Origin: Camelus dromedarius
Taxonomy: Eukaryota
Reading direction: 5' to 3'
NCBI RefSeq assembly: GCF_036321535.1
Contig: NC_087436.1
Location: forward strand, 98,768,001 to 98,832,000
DNA length: 64,000 nucleotides
Every line of letters starts with the position of its first letter. Positions within the stretch are counted from its first letter, which is position 1. The translations under genes were made by a program, and so were the position numbers. The notes below the pieces were generated by a model, which had not been told where the DNA came from, searched no databases, and worked only from the letters and a program-made list of their open reading frames with translations. Shown in pieces: positions 1-11,500 of the stretch.

Positions 1-747
1 TCTTCATTTATTCAGCTAGTCGTTTGTTCAACAAATACTTATTTTGTGCCTCTTCTGCATAGAAACTAGAAGTGGAATGGTGAGTTAAAATGACATGTTT
101 CTTGTTTTTGTAGAATTTGATGGAGGAGGTAATTATAATAAAGCAGCCATAGGCATACTGTAGGTGTATAATTCCCGTCTGTGATCATTGCTACAAAGAT
201 AAGGTAGAGAATGAAAGTTTATCAAAGTTCATGACTTAGACCAGATAACTAAAATTTCAGCTGACATTTGAAAGATTAGAAGTTATTTCCTTTTGTCTTT
301 AAATAGGTGAGAGCTGAAAATGCAGAGGTTTAATGCCAGGATTTCTTTTCGGAATCAAGGGAGATTCAGATTAATTTATTTCATTGCAACGTGGGAAAGC
401 TAGGGCACTGGAGCACTGCACACGTGCTGGGTTAATTTCTTTGGGCAGGCTGCGACAAGTCCATTAGAGAGGATTTGTCTTTCCTGCGTCCCTTTCCCTT
501 TTCTTTTCTTGTATGTTTTGTTCTCCCAGTAGCCAACTTTCTAAGACTTTCATCTAATCTCCCAGCTTCAACAGTTATCCCCATATGGTTGATTCTTAAA
601 TCTATTTTTTCAGCCCAAACCAATCTCTGTGATTTCAGCCTTAAATGTACTCTTTCCTGATAGCTGTTTTTACTGATACCCTGATCTTTCCTTAAGTATA
701 ATATATCTGATGAAAGCATCTCATTTTTCCCTTCATTCTCTCTCTCT

Positions 748-914
748 TTTTTTAAAAAAAATCATTTTTTATAGCAGGGAAGAAGTTAATTAGTTTGTTG
801 TTATTTATTTGTTTGTTTGTTTCTTTGTTTGTTTATTAATGGAGGTACTGGGAATTGAACCCAGGACCCTGTGCATGCTAAGCAAACACTCTACCAGTGA
901 GGTATACCCTCCTC
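748..914 (-). mobile_element. tRNA-derived SINE (camelid vic-1-like)
   Basis: Minus strand reads GGAGGGTATACCTCACTGGTAGAGTG...GGTCCTGGGTTCAATTCCCAGTACCTCC: degenerate A box, clear B box, then an (AAAC)n/A-rich tail. Same family as 24624 and 51227. Confidence 0.85.
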
Positions 915-939
915 CCTTCACCTTCTATTCTTATTCCTG

Positions 940-2100
940 ATGATTGTCTTACAGCTCTGAGCCTGGAAATTTTAGGATAACTTTGGTTCCTCTCATAATT
1001 ATTTACCCATTTATTCATTTATTCATTCTCTTCCCTGCTTCTCTGTGTGTGTGTGTGATGTGTGTGTATGCATCTAGGTGTGTTGTTTCCTTGACTTTTT
1101 GTTACGATTTTCCAACTATGTGTACAACCTCTATCAACATAATACAGATTTTTGTTTTTGTTTGTTTGGGGTTAACTTTTACATAAATGGAATCATACCA
1201 AGTATATTCATTTAATATTTATACAGTGTGTTGGGTGTATTTCTTTTTCATTTTCTTTGCAGTATATAATTATATAAATATACTGTGTCTAAAATTATTA
1301 GACCTTTGAGTTATTTCCAGTGTATGACTATGACAAATAATACTGCAAGGGTTATTTTTGTAAATGTATCTTGGGGCGCATATGATGGAAATGTCCTTAT
1401 GTGTGCAATCCAAAATGTTAGCCAGTAGTTATATATGGCTGAATAGCATTTGAAATGTGGTTAATGTAACTGAGGAGTTAAATTTTTAGTTTGATTTTAT
1501 TTCAATTTGAATTTAAATTACCATGCGTAGCTACTGGCTACTGTATTGGACAGTGTAGATCTGTGGCAAATAGCTAGGAGCAGAATTTCTGGGTCATATG
1601 ATATGTTCATCTTCAAATTTTAAAGATAATGCCACACAATTTTCCAAAATTGTTGCAAAATTTTTCTCAATAGTGTAAGAAAATATGTATTAGTTAGCAT
1701 CCTTGCCAACACTAAGCATTGTCAAACTTTCACATTTTTCACAATCTGATCAGTATAAAATGATATTTTATTAAGGTTTAGTTTGCATTTGCTGATTATT
1801 AATGAATTGAATATTGATTTCATATTGTTATTAATTTTCTTAAATGTGTTTATGAGTATGTGTGTGTTCACATGCATGTGTATACATGGGTTGCCTGTTA
1901 AATAGTTTGCTTATCTTCCTCTTCAATTGTCTAGCTTTTTTCCCCAAAAGGTGCATGTTCCTATATATTCTAGAATTAGTTCTTTCTTTTTGGGGAGGAG
2001 AAGGTGTAACATACATTACAAATACCATTTTCTTCCTCTCTTTCAATTCTCCTTTCACTCTTCATATATGTATTTAGTAAATAAAAGTTATTTTTAATGC
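940..2100 (-). mobile_element. Old, degraded L1 (L1ME-like) 3' fragments, interrupted by a hAT element
   Basis: Antisense L1 3' motifs such as ataaatggaatcatac, atttctgggtcata, catccttgccaacac and gtttgcatttgctgatta. Confidence 0.6.
1400..1558. mobile_element. hAT-Charlie non-autonomous DNA transposon (MER3-like)
   Basis: Quasi-palindromic ends (tccaaaatgttagccagtag ... ctactggctactgtattgga) and the internal motif ttgaaatgtggttaatgtaactgagga. Confidence 0.7.
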
Positions 2101-2789
2101 AGGCAAGTGTCTAAATAAATGCCTATTAAGTAAATATATGTTTATATTTAACTTCCTCAGATCTCCAAAAACTATTAATTTGTGTAAGATTCTAGTCAAT
2201 GTCAGTCAAGTCAATGCCATTTTAACCCACGCTCATTTCCCCTGCATACTGTCTTCTGTTAATAGGATATCCTCACTTACTCCCTGAATATCTCAGTCTC
2301 TCATTCAACCATCATTCTCATTCTCTGAAAGGTATGTTCCATTAGGCTAACAGAAGCACTTGGGTAAAATTTAAAGCCCACAGATCCAGATTGTTTGCAC
2401 CCTCTAAATACAGGCTGGTATCCACGGCTCTGGGATTTACTAGAATCAAGAAACCCAAGTCTTACTAGTGTTGAATACATTCATTTGTTAATATATCAGT
2501 GGCCTTGTATTGTTTCTGTTTGCAACTCTATTTTCCAAAGTAATGTGAATCATACCAGCTCCACTGAGTCTCTCTTCTTAGGGAAGGGCTCTTCTAATCA
2601 GGAACATTTATTCAATCTGAAAAAAAATCATGGTCTTAGCGTCCTAGAAATTTAATTACTCTTTAATATACTATTGTCCTGTAATAGTTTAGATTATTGT
2701 TTAATAGACATTCATTCATCTTCTCCAACTGAGAATAAAGTGTATATCCTTGTCCCACTGACACTGGGCTTGTATATCTGATGTGCTTT

Positions 2790-3415
2790 TGATGCAGGAA
2801 AAATGGATGCGGGGCGTGAGAAGGGCTGTATCCTAGGCTTCGGTTGAGCCCCTGGGATGTGCCCCGCCAAGTATGGGTCCTTGGCTTCGCGCAGGAAAGA
2901 ATTCAAGAGCGAGCCACAGTTAAGTAAAGGTAGATTTATTCAGAGAAATACAGTGAAAGGCAAGAGAAAGGCCATAGGTGTGGGGGTTGGGTGATCAGAT
3001 TAAAAGTGGGTACACACTCCATAGACAGTGTGCAGGGCCGCCTCTGAAGAGGGAGAGAGAGAGGGCGGACAGCCATGAGGCACTGTGTTGCCAGTTCTTA
3101 TGGGCTTGGTGGCTTCATATGCTAATAAGTGGAAGGACCAGTCTAACTAGCCTGGGGAAGGGGCTGGGATTCCCAGGAAGTTGGCCATTTCCACTCTTTG
3201 ACCTTCTGTGGCTAGCCTTGGGACTGCCTGTGGGCGTGTTATTCACTATGTTAATATATTACAATGAGTGTATAATGAAGCTCAAGTTTTGCTAGAAGGC
3301 AAATCTCCCACCATCTTGAGCCTCAAGGCCTACTGGGGGTTGAATCTTCCACCATTTTGATGTTAACTGCTGTATAATTCCTTGAAAGGCTGTGCCCTGC
3401 CCCCTTCCTGTCTTA
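2790..3415 (-). mobile_element. ERV1-like solo LTR, family A, copy 1
   Basis: 4-bp TSD CTTT at 2786-2789 and 3416-3419; AATAAA on the minus strand near 2936-2941; reverse-complement homologue of 53804-54440. Confidence 0.9.
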
Positions 3416-3519
3416 CTTTGACTAATATAGTGTTAATACACGTTTTCAAATTAGGGTCTTCAAATAAATTTGTGATCTGGTTTTTTGCTGTGAGAAGCTT
3501 ATCCTTATGGTAACCACAC

Positions 3520-3736
3520 CCTCTTCAGTCTTGAGCCCAGAATGAAACTAATTGCCAGGCCAGTGCAAGACAATTGATCCCAACACAAAGCAGAGCCAGT
3601 CAGCCAAATCAACCTTGGTCAGCTGAAGCAGTCTACCTGCAGACCTGCAAGTGTAAGAATGGACGATTATGTTGTAAATCACTGAGATTTGGAATGGTTT
3701 GTTATATAGCATTCCTTTGACAACAACTGACTATCA
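3520..3736 (+). mobile_element. Ancient MaLR LTR 3' fragment (MLT1J/K-like)
   Basis: Typical MLT1 3' end: gttgtaaatcactgagatttggaatggtttgttatatagca...actgacta. Confidence 0.6.
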
Positions 3737-3741
3737 CTTGC

Positions 3742-4287
3742 TGTGATGGTTAATTTTATGTTTCAACTTGACTGGTCACAGGGTGCCCAGATTAAACATT
3801 ATCTCTAGATGGGTCAGTGAGGCTGTTTCTGGATGAGGTTAGCATTTGAATGAGTGACTTAGTACAATACATTGCCCTCTAAGTGTAGGTGGGCACAATC
3901 CAATCCTTTGAGAGCTTAAATAGAACAAAAACACAGAGGAAGGAGGAATTCATCCCTTTTTGCTTCCTGCCTGCCTACTTGAATGGAGACATATTTTATC
4001 TTTTCCAGCTCTGAGACTGGCATTTAAACTGTCGCCTCCCCTGGTTTTCAGGCCTTCAGACTCGGACTGAACAACACCTCTGGCTTTCCTAGGTCTCCAG
4101 CTCGCATATGGCAGATTGTGGAACTTCTCATTCTCCATTAACACATGAACCAAACTGTCATTAATTTCCTTTAATATGTATATTAAATATTAATATTAAA
4201 CAGAATCAGCAGTATCAGTATTAGTATTAAATATTAATATTAACCCAAATCATTAAACTATCTATTTCTCTGGAGAACCCTAAGACA
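3742..4287 (+). mobile_element. ERVL solo LTR (MLT2-like)
   Basis: Starts TGTGATGGTTAATTTTATGT, ends CTGGAGAACCCTAAGACA; 5-bp TSD cttgc/cctgc with one mismatch. Confidence 0.85.
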
Positions 4288-5279
4288 CCTGCCCTAATGG
4301 AAACAGTTGTAATCTGACAGCTTCTGGTTCCCTGTTCTCTATATTCTTTTATCAGAATCATTTGATCTATTCTTCCTCTTTGGTTCAAGCCCTTCTTCCT
4401 TCCTTTTCAGGCTGTACAGCTGTTAATTATACAAATCTCAAGATGAAGATACTTTGATTTTCTTAGTGCTTTAAGAGCAGAAAGAAAACACAAGTTTGTT
4501 AGCATACTACATCAAAAACAGCCTAATTAATCTTTTCATAATATAAAGTATGACTTCTAAGCCAGCACAAAATGTCTATTATTCAAACAAATCCTAATGT
4601 TATAGCTGCCTTTGCAGGCTATTTCTACATGGGGACACCGATTTACCAATCCAAGTTTCCACTTAGTGTTGGACTCAACTTGTTATATTGCTGCCTAGTT
4701 CACCTTATATTTTTTAAATCTAACTCACCAACAACAACTTTTAAATGCACTGATTGTTGTCTGAAATATTCTAACTGGAATTCCTAGTCTTCTCTTCAAA
4801 TACCAAATGTAACCATCCCAGTCCTGTAACTAGACAGTCGGCGCTTGGTTACTGACTTCCTGTCTGAACTTTAAGAAACTGCCTCTCAGTAACTTTTTGC
4901 AAAGGGTTTCCTCTAGGGAAACATTTTGTTTACTAATCTGAGATCTTTCTTTTTCCTTCTGTTAGACTTTCCTGAGCTCTAGCGGTCCCCACTGATTTTG
5001 TCATGAATAAAATATCTTTCTCTTTCCTACTCCACATTTCAAAGCCATTCGTTCGAGATACATTGTTCTGGTTCCATTTCCCTTTCTTTTCACATAAGAC
5101 TAGTTTGGTCTTCGAGTTCCCAACGTAGCTTCCTGCCTTCCTCCATTCTCTGATATTTCTCTGGTTTTCTCACTGTCATGTCTAAAGTGAAGATTATCTA
5201 TTGTACTACAGTTCTCTGTTCATGAGAATTTATAAAGAATTGTATTCTATAATAGACATTGGCATCAAAACATCTTAGA

Positions 5280-5580
5280 AGCAGAGGCTGCATAATCTTT
5301 GGCAATTTACTTAATATTCTGTTCTTCAGTGTCCCTCTGTTAAGATAATTATAGTATTTGCTTCACAGAGCTCTTCCAGGAACTAAATGCTATAGTTTAT
5401 ATCTATCACTTAGAATAGTCTTAGGACATTTTGAAATAGTCATTAAAATGCTGTTATCAATATTACTATCCTTATCAGGTTTTGTACAGAGTAAATGAGA
5501 TATGTCATGAAAAGATCTAGCATTGAACCTGGCCCATTGTAAGCACTCAATGAATATTAATTATTATTATCATTATAATT
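5280..5580 (+). mobile_element. MIR fragments
   Basis: MIR-core-like ttggcaatttacttaat...cttcagtgtcc and 3' end gtaagcactcaatgaatattaattatt. Confidence 0.5.
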
Positions 5581-5753
5581 AAAAATATCTCACCTGCCAC
5601 TCAAGGTCTGTAACCGTTTCCAGGTACTCCAGTCTGTCACATCTGAGATCCCAGCATACTTAATAGACATGCACATTCAATTTTACCTCCATCTGTTCAA
5701 GTTTGTGTCCTAGTATGTTGTAACTTACGATACGAATCACTCATGCTCCCTTC

Positions 5754-5907
5754 TTTTTTTTTTTTTGAGATATAAATGACAGATAGCATTATATTAGCTT
5801 CAGGTGTGCACCACAGTGATTCAATATTTGTATATATCGCAAGATGATACAACAATAAGTCTAGTTAACATCTGTCACCACATACAGTTATAATTTTTTT
5901 CCTTGTG
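5754..5907 (-). mobile_element. Short 5'-truncated L1 3' end
   Basis: Poly-T followed by antisense L1 3' UTR (gagatataaatgaca...aataagtctagttaacatc); imperfect TSD actcatgctccctt / actcattttccttt. Confidence 0.7.
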
Positions 5908-7414
5908 ACTCATTTTCCTTTCTAACTAATAAAATATAAAGAGAAAAAAAAGATTCACCCCAATAAGACTAAAACTATTAACTTTATTATTGCACAGGAA
6001 AGTTTTTAATAACCCTCAATCTATTGCAATTCTTAATAAAACAGGTCAAAGACTATATAGCATGTTAAAGCTTCTTATCCCATAACTAAACGTAGACCAT
6101 AAGAAGTGGGGTGAGTTTGCTCTGCATGGTAGATTCACTCCAATTATTTACTGTCTAGCTCCTTGGAGTATTGAATACCTGATTAGCAACCAGTTTCTGG
6201 CAGAAGAATTAATGTAATAAAACCCATGGCCTTACAAGTAAGTGATCTTATCTCCTGATAAACACATGGCCCCGTAAACATCCTGGATTCTGACCATTCA
6301 TACTAGTATTTCTACTATTATGTGGAAGAGTGAGGGGGTAAAAAAGTATGTTATTTTCATTTAGAAACTCCCCTTACTTAGAATGAAGTACGTTGCCTTC
6401 CTTTTATGACATAAGAAAAAAAATGCATTCTTTAGGGACTTCAGCAGATTTTATTACAAGCTTGTATGGATGTGACATACTGCATTATATATTTTACTCT
6501 TTTATTTTTAGTAATTGCTAAAGTATCTGGCATATAGTGCAGAATCAATAATTGTTGAAGAATAAATAGATATATTGATGTTCAAGTAGTCAGAGTTTAC
6601 TGAAACTTTCTGTGTGAATTAATCAGGTTTTATCTTTTGAGTTTCTTTTATTCAAAAATCATTTTGCTTTTTAAAGGTGAGACATCATATATACCACTCA
6701 TCTTAACACTAAAATCTACAGTAGGCCCACTGACATTCACTTAACATTTAATCTGCTTATAGGTGGGAGAAGTGGTTTGTAATATCTTTTAACAATCATG
6801 TGAATTCACATAATTAACACTAAAAAGGGACAGCAAGATGTTAGATGGTTCATGTAATATATAGAAGCATACTTTTTTTTTACAAAGCCCTCTTGATTAG
6901 GCTATGTAAAACTATATTAATAAGAAATTTTGAAACAAATGGAGAACACTGAAAACATTAGGAGTCGTTTCATGTCTATAAAAGTATGTGCATTTACATA
7001 CACCCAAACACAACCAATTATACTTAACTCCTCAAGTACCATGTAAAGAAACTTCCTTGGAATCAAACTCTTGGCCGTTCCTCAACTTTCATTCTATGAT
7101 TTCCCCAGAGGAGATGTGAGATACCTGATTAACTTCACTGGAATGAAGAGAGTGGACATGCTCAGATCGATCAGCTCCTTTTTCTTGTTTTCTTTAAGAA
7201 AATTGACCTGTACAAGATAGGCAATTGGGTCTGCTGTCCACCACTTATGGATAGGTTAGAAAGTCCATTTGGCATACATATGAGCCATGTATTTTAACAT
7301 TTAGCACTAATAAAGCTGATAATTTGATCTCTGTCATGCTTTTGTATCCATCAACTGACTCTAAAAGCATGTGAAAAAAAATTGATGGTCTTTGAAAATC
7401 TCTAGTATTTTGAA

Positions 7415-7540
7415 TACATATATATACACACACATACACACATATACATATATATACATGTGCATGTATGCACATGTATATATTGTGTATCTGTGTATTT
7501 GTGTGCTATGAATATGTGTGTGCACATATGCACACAAATA
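7415..7540. repeat. Mixed TA/CA/TG alternating purine-pyrimidine microsatellite
   Basis: Directly visible; includes a 16-bp perfect inverted repeat at 7450-7483. Confidence 0.85.
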
Positions 7541-8517
7541 TGCGGGTTGAATTGACTTTATTATTTCTTAAGCATTAAAATATATTCTACACAATTTAAA
7601 ATGTCTCCCTTTGGCTTTGTAATTTATTCTGAGAGAGAACTCAAAACTTCAAAGCTTGCAGTCCTAAGTGTGTGTGTATGTGTTTTAAATTCTAGAGCAT
7701 TTTATACTGAACTCTGCTGTGATTTAAACTGTTTAGGCCTTAATTTTCTAAACCGGAGACACAACAGTAAAAGCCTGGGTCCTGAGGGGGTGGCTCTGGC
7801 AGGTTGCTCTTTTCAGTCCTGCTCCCTGAGCTTCCCCTAGAGCAGCGCTGTCCTCTTTGACTGGACCCACATGAGCTTCCAAGTTCTTTTTCTATGGTCT
7901 ATTCTGCTTGGGCAGATCCTGCTGTACTTGCCCTTTCCAGGTAAAGCTCTTGTTTTTTGATACAGTATTAACATTAATATTCTACTATAACAATACATTG
8001 CTCTGTTCAGAAGATTAAATACACCTAGCGAGAATCGCCCAGAGGGACATAAAATCTGGAAGCATGGTTTTGCTATGAGGACAAAAAAAATGAGCTAAAC
8101 AGTTTTATTGCAATTTCTGTGTCTAACTAAATAACACTATATTGTATCTTCAGCTAAAAACATTGTTCTGTTTATTTAAATATCAAATTCCTCAATTCTA
8201 TTAAAGATCACATACACCAAAAAGAATGGCAGACATATAGATGGTATTTTAATGTTTAAACACAAACTATTTATACCCTTAAAATCTATAGGCTGTTTTG
8301 CTACTTCCAAGGAAGTTGTGTTTTAAGCACTTAGGAAATTTGTAAATATTTGAGCATCTGTGTGTATATTGTTAGTTTTAAATAAATTCCTAAATTTACT
8401 CCAGTTCCATCTTGATTCCACAATATGTCCTAATTCCTCATTCCAGCCCAGATATTTATTTATTATAAGGATGACCTGCAGGAATTTTTTTAACTTCTCT
8501 GCACCTCTCTAAAATAG

Positions 8518-8558
8518 AAATTATATATATATATATAATTTATATATATATATATATA
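8518..8558. repeat. Interrupted (TA)n microsatellite
   Basis: Directly visible. Confidence 0.9.
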
Positions 8559-11500
8559 AAAACACTAAGCAAGCAGTTCTTATCATATTATCTATAATTT
8601 AATTTAAAATATTTCAACATAAAGGGTATTTATATAGAGAGATAGAAGAAGATATAGATAATGATGAATGATATAGCTATAGATCATCTCCTCTCTGGCC
8701 TGATTTAGCATTTTAAAATATAATTACAAACCCTACTCTGAAAGTAACCACTAGAACTATCTTTATATCCCATCAGCATTAAACAGCTTGCAAATTAGTG
8801 TAATGATTATTAGAAGTGATTTTTTCATTGGTAAAATAATTGACAGTAAAAAAATTCAGATAATAAAAATATACTTCTAGGAACGTCCATTCTAATAAGA
8901 AAAGTAAAGGAATTTTGTGAAGCCAGCATGGAGTCCTAGGCTTGCAATCCTGTTCCTCTTTTGTTCAAATAACAGGTGAGTGACCCTTTCTGAAGGATAA
9001 CTAAATCCTGTAGTCTTTAATACAAGGGACTTACTGGATGGCCTAAAAGGCAGAAAATAGACACTTCACCAGGTTTGCAGAAGAGGCTGTATGGATGTGT
9101 GTACTTGTGCTTGTGAGCAAATGTGCTTGCTTGCTAATAAATGTGACAGAATTTGAGCTGAGACTGATTTTTTACTGTAACATCCCTTGTGGGGGTAAGT
9201 TTCTTGGAGAAAAAATGTTTAGCTCCCAGCTTATCCCTAGCTATGGGAGGCTACCAATAGTGACTCAAACATTCTCTTAAATCTGAAAAGCAAATTCATT
9301 TTTAGGTCAGTTTGTAAAGCAAACTAAGTACAAGCAACTAAGATCTTTAATACGTTGACTTTATATTTGAACACCAAGATAAAGAAGTTTTTTTTTTTTT
9401 AATGTAAGAATTGACATCAGAACCTCCATTATGCACACATGGGCAGAATACTGCCTTCTAATAAGTATTTTAAAAGATGGTTACAGCAAAATTAATTCCC
9501 TATTTAAAAAAGAAAAGTGGTTGGTGAAAACTAAGTGAAACAATTTGAATTCAAACTGTAGTGGAAGACAGATGCCTTTTTTTTAATAAAAATAGAAGAA
9601 AAAGTGTTCATGTTTTTCTGCTAAATAGAAATGCTTATATTTTTTATTCCTGTTTTCATGCTTTTTTACTTAAGGATTTTCTTAGACGAGAAAATGTTAC
9701 TTCTATATTTTTAAATGTTATTGAATTTGAATGAAAATGAGTATTTGAATTTGTTTTATTAATTACATCATTATCATTTCTTGCTCTCTGACACTGACTT
9801 CATGAACATTCTTAGAGTCCTTACAGGTTTCTTCCAAAGTTCTTCGATTGTTTTGTGGAATCAAACTATACTCATCTTCCAAATTTCACATTCATTTTCA
9901 TCATCTGCTCCTTCATATGAACGCCTCTCATCAAAGCTGAACAATCCTCTTTTATTTTTTTATCCTTTCCTACCTCCAATCCATATAAAACTGTACAATC
10001 CTTCAAAACACATCAGTCTTCTTCCATTGTTGAAAGCATTCCAGAAACCACACATCAAATCATTGATGGTGAATTTTGAGGATATTTACATCTGAATAAT
10101 TCAAATGAGAGTGGTGATACCATTTAAAACTATACAATGTTCTTTCATTTTTTAAAGGAGAGCAAAGTCAGGGTCAAAGAAATTATATTACTTACTCATG
10201 TAGGGCTTGCAAGAAGCACCTTGTCTCTTCAGAATGATTATTGCCAATACTAAAACAAACATTTTCATCTGGTACACCAGATATGTAACAAGATACTAAA
10301 TCTAGAGATTAACAATATAAACATACAATTGTTGAATGAATGAAGGTCCAAACTATAAAAAATTAACAAAACAAATGTTGAAACTCATGTCCATTTTTGT
10401 AGCCTTTCTGTAGAGTATTTTTGGCTCTAATGGATTTATTTGATTTCAGAGGACGTGTCTTGTTCCTTTCTGGTATCTATTCATCTCAAAAGTTAGTAAA
10501 ATGTTTTCCAATAAAGTATTAGGTAAATATTCAAATACTGAGTAAATGAAAACAAAATGAATGAATGAATGGAGATTCAGAACTATGTAGAGCAAATCCT
10601 CAGATATTCAGGATTGTCTTTGATTTCTATAAATCTATCTTTAAGTGGTTAGACTGACATCAAATTTCATGATATTTCTAAAATTAAGTTATATCACAGT
10701 ATTCTAATCACATTCATATTTGCTCTAAAAAAATTAAATGAGCAGCCAGGATTACTTTTTCATCTTCTTCCTATTTGATGAGCACAGTTGTTATTGTGTT
10801 TAATTATATATCTGCCCAGTGTTTCTTATTCCTTTGTCTGAACACTGAATGTGTATGTGGTTCCAATGTCTGTTTCATTTCTCATGATACCTCTCTATAA
10901 TTCCCAGGGACAATTAGAAGAAACAGTGTATCAGTGTTTGAAAAAAAAATTCTATCTGAGACAAAACGATAAGTGAAACACACTTTCAATTGAGAAAAAA
11001 ATGATTGGGTGAATAATAATTAATAGAAAATGTAAAATGCATTTGAATTTGTGCTACTATGTTCACATTGATTTGACTATCATTTTTCCTTGCTTTAGAA
11101 AATTCTACTGGCTAACTAACTGATATAAATTGACAGATAAATACAAACATTTTTAAAAAGTGATCCTTTATAATATAAAAAAAAAATTAGAATTTTTTTG
11201 AATAGAAAAGCTTACCTACATAATTTTTGATTGAATATGTTTCATGCATGAAAAAACATTTTTTGCAAAATACTTGAATCAGTTTGTATCTAAGATAGAC
11301 AGATGATCGTGTGATAATTTTTAATAAATCCATTAAAGATACAAGCAGCTTTTACTCCTTTTATTTCTAGAAATCACATTTTTTCCACATACTATAAAGA
11401 TATCTGAAATACCTTAGAATGGTACAGACAAATTATATTATCCATGCACAGTAATCTAATTTTTTACTAAGTGACCTATATCTTTTTAAGCACTTATGAG

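Noticed and set aside
2978..3295. ORF similar to the ORF at 53924-54106, suggesting paralogous genes
   Set aside because: The similarity comes from two copies of the same LTR family.
8881..8981. Consensus donor CAG|GTGAGT (similar lone donors near 24815 and 27426)
   Set aside because: Weak or absent upstream acceptor and no convincing reading frame; expected by chance in 64 kb.
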